A stretch of 63,640 nucleotides of DNA, the filler included, from Collodictyon triciliatum (lineage: Eukaryota): NCBI GenBank assembly GCA_043381765.1. It is 5 parts of 5 records of this genome, joined end to end, with 100 filler letters (N's around TTAATTAATTAA, not from the genome) between each part and the next. Parts side by side here need not be neighbours in the genome. Positions count along the whole stretch, not along the records: positions 45,203 to 60,245 come from JBHJMP010000228.1; positions 60,346 to 63,640 come from JBHJMP010000279.1; 3 more parts are not named here. One strand, given 5' to 3'. Positions 48,109-63,640 of the stretch are shown here, one piece after another. Positions within the stretch are counted from its first letter, which is position 1. Each line of letters starts with the position of its first letter. A program made the translations under genes and the position numbers. Below the pieces are notes generated by a model. It saw only the letters and a program-made list of their open reading frames with translations, was not told the origin of the DNA and made no database searches.

Positions 48109-48815
48109 TCTCTGATTGTGAAATCTGGTTTCCTGATTAGGTGCTGAGATGAGTTTGGTTGTTGTACAGATGCGATCCTATTATGGAATTGATAACACTT
48201 CAATTTTTTTCTCCTTGGTTATATACCTTGCAAATTAAAATAATATACAAATGTGTCAATTAATATTTTTAATTATATATAAACTCTAGTTCCCTAATTA
48301 TACAAAACGCAGCTGAACTCAGTGGTGACTGGTCGAAGCCGAAGCAAAGCAGATGCAATGCAGACGAATCGGATTTTTTTTTTCTATTAGTGGAATTTCT
48401 CATGACGTCATTGACAGTGGATGCCGACATAATGCGATAGACACCCTTTCCTTTTTGTTCCTTCTTTGTGGATTGCCGCACTTTAATTGAGGCTTTACAA
48501 AGGCATTCTCACAGGATGGTACTTTGCGACTTTTCTGCAAACTTTCAGCCTGTGGCGACTGTTGCGTCCGTCCATTTCGAATTTACGAAGGGGAAGAATC
48601 TCTATTGGTGCCTTGTCCTTACGCCTAGAATCTGACTGAATCGCACAAGACAATTCCGTTTTTGAACAAAGAAGTGGCGATTATTCTCGCTCCGCATTGC
48701 TATTTAAATTAGAGAAAACGAAGCCCATCTATCTCAAGTTTTCAAATGTCTATAGTCACAAAGCAATAAGGGCTGTAAAATTGCCCTTGCGAACCAACCG
48801 CTGCACCGAGATAAA

Positions 48816-49911
48816 CTACTGCAGAGAAAGCACCTTTGCAAGCCAGGGAAGGGAGGCGCTTGAGTTCAGTAGCTCAACTGTTAATAATACTTGCGCTCGG
48901 AAATATTGAAGAGCTTGTGAAAAAGCTGTCAAGAAAAGGAAAAAGAAAAAGGAAAAAGAAAAAGGAAAAAGAAAAAGGAAAAAGAAAAAGGAAAAAGAAA
49001 AAAGAAAAAAGAAAAAAGAAAAAAGAAAAAAGAAAAAAGAAAAAAGAAAAAAGAAAAAAGAAAAAAGAAAAAAGAANNNNNNNNNNNNNNNNNNNNNNNN
49101 NNNNNNNNNNNNNNNNNNNNNNNNNNNNNNNNNNNNNNNNNNNNNNNNNNNNNNNNNNNNNNNNNNNNNNNNNNNNNNNNNNNNNNNNNNNNNNNNNNNN
49201 NNNNNNNNNNNNNNNNNNNNNNNNNNNNNNNNNNNNNNNNNNNNNNNNNNNNNNNNNNNNNNNNNNNNNNNNNNAGTAAGAAAAAGAAAAGAAAAAGAAA
49301 AGTAAGAAAAAGAAAAGTAAGAAAAAGAAAAGAAAAAGTAAGAAAAAGTAAGAAAAAGAAAAGAAAAAGAAAAGTAAGAAAAAGAAAAGAAAAAGAAAAG
49401 AAAAAGAAAAGTAAGAAAAAGAAAAAGAAAAAGAAAAGAAAAAGAAAAGAAAAAGAAAAGAAAAAGAAAAGAAAAAGAAAAGAAAAAGAAAAGTAAGAAA
49501 AGTAAGAAAAGAATGAAAACGAATGGTAATCATTATGAATCATTCTCAATGTATTGAATAAAATAGTATCGGAAAATGCATATAGTTCAAAATAGTTACC
49601 TTCAGAATGGTTCAGTTGCCTAAAATTAAAAATATTATAATAGGCAGACTCAGAGCCATAAAACTCACTCAAATTACACCTTTTCCATATCCGTCAACAT
49701 CACATCATATTACACTTTACCTTTATCTCTATAGTCCTAATTATTTTTTTTATTTTTTACTATTATCTCACTTTTCCATCTGATCATTTACACAGAGGAG
49801 AAAATAAGCACACTAAACTACTACTGTTTCTCCTCACGCTTTATGCAAATCCATGAACACTTTGATGTCCTTTCGATACCTCTGATATACTTTTGTGAAA
49901 TCGGCAACCAT
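48816..49911 (-). CDS. Putative small unknown protein; exons 49911-49838, 49619-49600, 48925-48816
   Basis: Three exons join in phase via GT-AG to give MVADFTKVYQRYRKDIKVFMDLHKAQLNHSEAFSQALQYFRAQVLLTVELLNSSASLPWLAKVLSLQ*. Intron 2 holds an SSR and an N gap, so exons may be missing. The 3' end may splice further at AAG|gtgctt. Confidence 0.5.
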
Positions 49912-49972
49912 TCACAACACATTCAATAACGCAGGACCGGAAACAAAATTCTCTATTCCCTTTTAAAGAATA

Positions 49973-51346
49973 ATGACGATGAGAAACTCGACCGTGCGAA
50001 GTTTGACCATCCTAAACGAAGCCATGCTTCGAGATTGCGCCCTGTCGTGGGTTGTGGAGCAAGTCCCCTCTGGCAATGGAAGGAGGGAATATGGGCTGCG
50101 CGTGGAATACAGCTTCGATATGGTCCCACTGCAAGCCCATGAAGACACAACCTCGAGGAGAAAGACAGGTACTGAAATTCAAACCCTTTTCTCCGTGAAA
50201 GCAAAAACAAGGTTAAAAAAAACAAGCAATACGATCATTTTCTGTCTTTTTATGTTACATTTAATATGGCGCACTGTTGTTATTTGTAGAACTGTGCCGT
50301 CTCCATCTCGTGCACAAAGACTGTCAATTCGCTGACGAGTGCTGGTTTGCGCATGGTAAGAGGCTCATAACATATCTAGTGAGTTATAAAGAATGTGTTT
50401 TTTCAAAGTATGTAGGATAAAATATAAACCTCTACCTTGTAATGGAGAGAAAAGGTCTATTTCTTTTCTTTTTCTTCGCCCTTTTCTTTTTTCTTTTTTG
50501 AAAATTTTTTTCTGTACATATTTCTCGATGGTTTTGTGACTAAAAATTGCACAATGGGGCACACCCCCTATGTTTGTGGTTGCAGTTACAAGACTTTTCC
50601 ATTCATTTTCAATTCTGTGGATTGCAGGAGTCGAGGACTTGCGTCCAATCACGCGCAACAGCCGCTACAAGACAAGACTCTGCCGCTCCTACAGCCAAGG
50701 AAAAGAGTGCAAGTACGGTACCCGGTGCAACTACATCCACGAAACCTCTGCTCACCAGATGTTAGTAAAGACCTTCACCTTGGACGACCTTCTTGCTGAG
50801 GAGGGTGCAGGCCACAGCGATGGTAACAGCCTCATTCGTCTATCCAACAACATGTATTGCTCGTCCAGTTCCTGCGCCAGCCCGCCACAAAAGTCAGACC
50901 TCCCACTCAAGTCACCGTGGCGATTCCCGTCCTTGCCACCAAACAAAGCCCGCCGAGAGGTGGAGGCCAAAGAGCCAGCCATCGTCGCTGAATACGACAA
51001 GGACTGCAGCTCATCCGACGGAGGCACCCCATCAAGGTCGCCCATTTCTCTTCCTTCCGCGGAGAAGCAAAGCAGCAGCAACAACAGCAGTGGCGTGGAT
51101 GACGATTGGATGAAGACGAGGCAGACGTCTGGCGAGAGAAGCCCTGTGTCGGGCGCTCGATTGGGAGAGACTTATGGCATGGACGAGTTGGTTGAGGCGT
51201 TCTACAAGCCGATTGTCCCAGGCTGTGTGTGGCGGGCATATCCCATCCCGGCCAACTGGCCCACTGATCAGCAGATGCTGCGTGCACACTTGATGAAGCC
51301 CATGACGCAGGAGAAGCTTGCCGACATGATGTTGATGCTGCTCTAA
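49973..51346 (+). CDS. Tristetraprolin/TIS11-family tandem CCCH zinc-finger RNA-binding protein, 326 aa; exons 49973-50168, 50290-50355, 50628-51346
   Basis: Splicing gives RKTELC-x8-C-x5-C-x3-H, an 18-residue linker, and RYKTRLC-x8-C-x5-C-x3-H, which is the TTP family spacing. A Ser/Pro-rich tail follows. Confidence 0.92.
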
Positions 51347-52951
51347 GGACATTTGGCCCGGTTGTTTCCATGGCACGCCCAATGTCGAATCTTGACTCAC
51401 CTTCTAATTTTTTTTTATTTTTTCTTTAGTTTTTTTTTTGAAGGCATGCAAACAGCGCAGTTTTTTTTATATATTTTTCGTTCTTCGTTGCTATTAATCA
51501 GTCGCTGTGCTGTTCAGGATTTCACTCGTTGCCACTTTTTCATCACCTTCGCTTTATCTTAAGAGATGCGGCGTTGTCGTGTGAGGCGGTTGTTTGTGTC
51601 TGAACAAACCATCAATCAATCAATCAAATAAATTAACCAATATCTCAATCAATCAAACAAACAAACAAACAAACAAACAAACAAACAAACAAACAAACAA
51701 ACAAACAAACATCTCTGGTCCAATAAGCACAGCATATATATATAAATATCGATGTCAAAGGAGATTGGTTGATGGTGATATGCAGAGTAGATATGCAGGA
51801 TTCCTCTGTCGAGTCCTCGGTCTTTCGAATTATACTTCCTTTGATTTGATTTTGATGCGCACATTTGGTTCATCCAAATTTCGCCTTCTTTTTTTCTTTA
51901 ATTTGCTTCAATATTATCAATCATTTAATTCATTTTACTTTATCTGACAAAGATGCCTTCCTTCAAAGATTTGTTGCAAGGGTTTTTCTGTGAATAATAA
52001 TGGTGCGATTATTAGCGATTCTTCTGTTTTGATTGATTGTTGATTGATTCCTTTCTTTTGTTTTGNNNNNNNNTGTTTTGTTTTGTTTTGTTTTGTTTTG
52101 TTTTGTTTTGTTTTGTTTTGTTTTGTTTTGTTTTGTTTTGTTTTGTTTTGTTTTTCTTTTCTTTTCTTTTCTTTTCGTTTTATTGGAAAGAATTTTATCA
52201 CAAGAGCAAGAAATTTTCACTAAAAGACAGGCAAATGGTAAACCAGTTTGGCCTCTTCCAGTCTCATCCTCTCGGGTTTTTTTAATGCCCCGATTTTCCT
52301 ATTTTTCCGATTCTGGATTCTTACCAATCACAAGAGCAACGGCCAAATTTGGTATAGGTTGCACAAAGAGAGATTCTGCGCTCTTTCTGGGCATTCTGGA
52401 GTAATCATACCATATGTGATGTGTTTTCTTTTTTTTGGATGGGTTTCTAGAACATTCGCGAGAGAAAATGTGGAACTTCAGACCAGCCAGGGCGGTGACT
52501 CTGAGTCGGGTGATAGATAAGAGTGCTCCATCCATCGGATTGGAGAAACTCTGCACTTCCTTGCAGAACTAGGAGCAAAAACTTTTTCCTTTTCCTTTTT
52601 AACTTCGCTGCTGTTATTGAGCAAAACGTCGGCTCCAATACTTCCTCCTAAGAAAATCTGGGTCAGTGATGTCGCACAGCCATTTTGACAGATTCCGATA
52701 TTACCGCATAGCCAGAGACAAAAAGAGAATGCACTAAATGGCATTTGTCCATCTCACAACTGCAGTGTTCTTCAAAATATCCGTTTTATTGACGAATGAA
52801 AAATTAGATGAATGGGAAAAAAAGCAAAAAAAAAAAAGTATAAGCTAAAAATTGTCAAGAATCAACTGTTGAGATAACATATAGTAATTAGGACATTCTT
52901 TTTCTTTCTTGGGGACATTCTGACATCCTTCTACTGCATGGGCCAGGGTTG

Positions 52952-60067
<7,116 letters not shown>

Positions 60068-60245
60068 GCGCTTTATTCGCTGCAGGTTTCGGTTTCTACG
60101 TCGATGAGCTTATTGGTTTTTTTATTGGTTTTTTTTATTGGTTTTTTTATTGGTTTTTTTATTGGTTTTTTTATTGGTTTTTTTATTGGTTTTTTTATTG
60201 GTTTTTTTATTGGTTTTTTATTGGTTTTTTTATTGGTTTTTTATT

Positions 60246-60345
60246 NNNNNNNNNNNNNNNNNNNNNNNNNNNNNNNNNNNNNNNNNNNNTTAATTAATTA
60301 ANNNNNNNNNNNNNNNNNNNNNNNNNNNNNNNNNNNNNNNNNNNN
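60246..60345. other. Artificial scaffold-joining spacer
   Basis: N44-TTAATTAATTAA-N44. Confidence 0.97.
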
Positions 60346-60835
60346 AGAAAAAGAAAAAGAAAAAGAAAAAGAAAAAGAAAAAGAAAAAGAAAAAGAAAAA
60401 GAAAAAGAAAAAGAAAAGAAAAAGAAAAAGAAAAAGAAAAAGAAGAGACATGGCGGGAGAATCTCCTTGCCCTGTCCTTGAAGTATACCAAAAGTCTTCA
60501 GCAGAATGGTTCTATCCGATAATTTTGACGAAACTAATCATGTTATTTAACAAATGTTGGAGTCCGACAGTATGCGAAAATCTAGCGAGTCTTATTGCAG
60601 ATGGTAGAATAATCATACAGTGTGCTTCTAACAGGACACATATGAATTGCTAGCTTTATTTTTTTTCCGTCTATAATCGCTCCAATCAATGGAGCACTCT
60701 TCTTTTCTGTTGTACAAAAGAGAATGTCCGTATCATCTACGGGATGCGTGTTTAAAATAAATCTTGATGGGAAAGGCCTTCAGATAATCCATAGGAATAT
60801 GAATTGAAGACAATTGCCATGTTTCAATCCAATTC

Positions 60836-61316
60836 TTAAGACGGTTGCTTCGGTTTCCTGGATTTCGCTTCTTCCTTTACAATTACAAATGTTTGCTCCT
60901 GACTACTTCCCCTCTTCGAAAACGAAATTACGTAGACATTAGTTTGTGTTTTAAAAAGCAGGTCACATTCTCTTCGCCTTTGTAAGTACCAGTGGCAGAA
61001 AAAAAACCGCTCAGAACTTGAAAACCACTAGAACAGTAGTATACTATGGACAAGCCTTACTTCATTTTTCTGAGAAGACCGCACAGGCGACGCAGATATA
61101 TCGGGTAGTGGGGATTTTCCTTCGAAATTAGCAAAATAAATTGAGAGTCCATACCACTAAAACTTAAAGAAAAAACGGAATAAAAAAAAACAGAATAAAA
61201 AAAACAGAATAAAAAANNNNNNNNNNNNNNNNNNNNNNNNNNNNNNNNNNNNNNNNNNNNNNNNNNNNNNNNNNNNNNNNNNNNNNNNNNNNNNNNNNNN
61301 NNNNNNNNNNNNNNNN

Positions 61317-61388
<72 letters not shown>

Positions 61389-63520
61389 GGAAAAAAAAAA
61401 AAACGGAATAAAAAAAAACGGAATAAAAAAAAACGGAATAAAAACAGAGTAAAAAGATTTTGCGCATTAAATTACAAACATACAAGGAATATAAATAACC
61501 AAGAATGGCCTCATCATATGGCGATGATAGAAACGTTAGAAGCACATACCTTTGGAGCTCAGTTGGTGAGGAAAGCGGCTTCGCGAATAATTCTCAGCGA
61601 GCAACGGAGAAGGCTTCCGGTTAGACAAGCTGTCTGTTATGGCTTTTAAATTCACATAAAACACGATGATTAGAATAGGAACAGAAAAAAACCATTTTCT
61701 TATTTATCGAACGTTTTCAACTGAATGCACTTACATCTCCTCGTAATAGGGCTGACTGATTTGGATGAAGGGCTCCCTGATGTCTTCAATATATATTTAT
61801 CGTTAGAATGAGAGCTTACTTCCATTCAAATGATGACAATCTAGTTTGAAAAAGAAAGACTATAAAACAAAAACAAAAACAAAAACAAAAACAAAAACAA
61901 AAACAAAAACAAAAACAAAACAAATAAATTAATAATATACTTTATATTATAAATAAAAAATAGTATACTTTGTGAAGAAGACGAGATGCGACCATTCTTT
62001 TGTCAGATAATGGCAGGGGTGGAAGACGAGGGTGAATATCCGCTGTTTTATGCTCGCTGTGTGCATATCGATGGTCGCTAGAGTTGGTTTCCACCTCTTC
62101 TGATGATATCCTTTTCAAATTTTATGTTTCAATTAATATATTATTGTCGATAATATTCACTTAAAATAAATACCAGTCGTATAAAGTAAATTTTGATTTG
62201 AAACATGGCAAAGTTAAAATAGGGTTTGTCTCACATGGACTTTGGAAACGAATGTCTGTATGTTTTTGGTGTAAATGGTCTTGGTTGAATAACTTCATCC
62301 CCATCGACCGAATAAGCTTCGTTTGGGAATGATTTAATTTACTATGAATTCTTGTAAACATTCAAAATGAAAATGGAGTTTACATGCGACTTCGTTTGCC
62401 AAGAATTTGGCAATTTTCTTGTTTTTACGAATATTTTCTTTCAAACCTTGTGTATCTACTGCCTGTGTATGAGCACTTGACGATGATGACTTCTTTGAAC
62501 TAATACTATCTCGAAGGGAGCTCATGTTTGATTGAGTTGAAGAAGCTGACGATAAACTACTGTGCCCAGCCTTTTGGAGCTTTCGTCTCATAATCCAACT
62601 TGTCGACTCAGGAGTGCTTTGACCGCTCATACTGGATGATTCGACAGACAAGTGCAACACACCTGTATTATTCCAGACCGAGGATACTTGAGGTGGATTG
62701 CTCAAGCTACGATTTCTGTTTGTGAAGTTGTCCACGTCGTTTGCGGAGGACTCGCCCATGTATTCAATTTCACATGTGTCGACATATTTTGTAGATTGTG
62801 GTGTTCGATTTTCAGTCAACATCGAGTAATTCAGCGATGACCTTTGTACATCCTTGGTGACATAATTTATTTATTTATTTTTTAAAAAAAGAAAAATCAA
62901 TAGAATGCACTTCTTAGAGAAATATAATCATTTATTAAAAAAATAGAGAAAATAAGAATGATTTCAGTTCACTACGATACATCTAAGTTGATCTGCCCAT
63001 TTTGCGAATTTGATGACGCGCAAGAGTCGTCGTCGGACTGATGGCGAATGACACCAACAGCTGGTTCCTTGATTAGATGGATGGGTAAATGTAAGATAAG
63101 AGGAAAAATAATACCACCGCCGATTCAGTATATTTCTTAAATACAGCTTACCAACTGAACAGGTAGCTCTAAGCTAGTAGATGTACCACTTTTAGACAAA
63201 ACGAGTTTCGGAACCCATGATATGGTGGGTTCAACTGAATATTCCAGCTCCTCAGATATTATCTAATTTGATGCCAGTTTAGATTTAGGCCCCCATGTAT
63301 TCCACGATATTACATACCACCGGAAAGACAGCCAAAAAAATCGAAAGAAAAAAGAGCAAGAAAATAGCTAGAAAAATTAGCATTAAAATAATTAAAATAA
63401 TAAGAGTGAATTCAGCAAAGACGATTAATTCTTTATCAAGTAATTTTACTTTTGCCTTTGCTAATACAACTGGGTTATCCAGAATGTCCAATGCTGATGG
63501 CCTTTGCTCTGGATCCATAC
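60836..63520 (-). CDS. Ser/Thr protein kinase C-terminal part (possibly NEK-like) with a long Ser-rich tail; catalytic core lies beyond the window end
   Basis: Subdomain XI-like MDPEQRPSALDILDNPVVLAKAK at 63450-63520, followed by spliced Ser-rich exons (e.g. ~62390-62840) ending ...KSRKPKQPS*. Confidence 0.6.
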
Positions 63521-63535
63521 CTTTTCATTTATGAA

Positions 63536-63640
<105 letters not shown>

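Noticed and set aside
51780..52780. Possible small spliced gene between the TTP-like and CCP genes
   Set aside because: The composition is coding-like, but I could not build a phase-consistent exon chain on either strand.
60110..60245. (TTTTTTATTGG)n, and (TTTTATTG)n at ~35540-35629, as telomeres of gene-sized chromosomes
   Set aside because: The repeat units differ at every scaffold end, and several genes are truncated at ends. These are SSRs that broke the assembly.

Overview
This is eukaryotic genomic DNA, most likely from a protist. It is AT-rich and intron-dense, uses the standard genetic code, and many of its introns carry simple-sequence repeats (SSRs). The window is not one locus: four 100-bp N44-TTAATTAATTAA-N44 spacers join five separate scaffolds (1-16535, 16636-35629, 35730-45102, 45203-60245, 60346-63640), and there are further internal N gaps. 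Splicing exons by hand recovers: two paralogous cytosolic carboxypeptidases of the CCP1/Nna1 type; a GH20 beta-hexosaminidase; a GBF1/Gea-type large ARF-GEF; a VPS13 of about 18.5 kb with plant VPS13M-like insertions; a cAR/GCR1-like GPCR that the ORF track does not show; neurochondrin; a TTP/TIS11 tandem CCCH protein; a kinase C-terminus; and several unknown or partial genes. The most unusual object is a 594-aa protein of four SH3-like barrels alternating with three MIB/HERC2 domains and no catalytic domain, encoded mostly in an extremely GC-rich exon. Also notable are degenerate splice signals (frequent GTT/GTC donors, AAG acceptors, one well-supported GC-AG intron) and a possible 61-bp bidirectional promoter. 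Family assignments come from motif recognition only; no database search was run. I found no RNA genes, CRISPR arrays or clear mobile elements.
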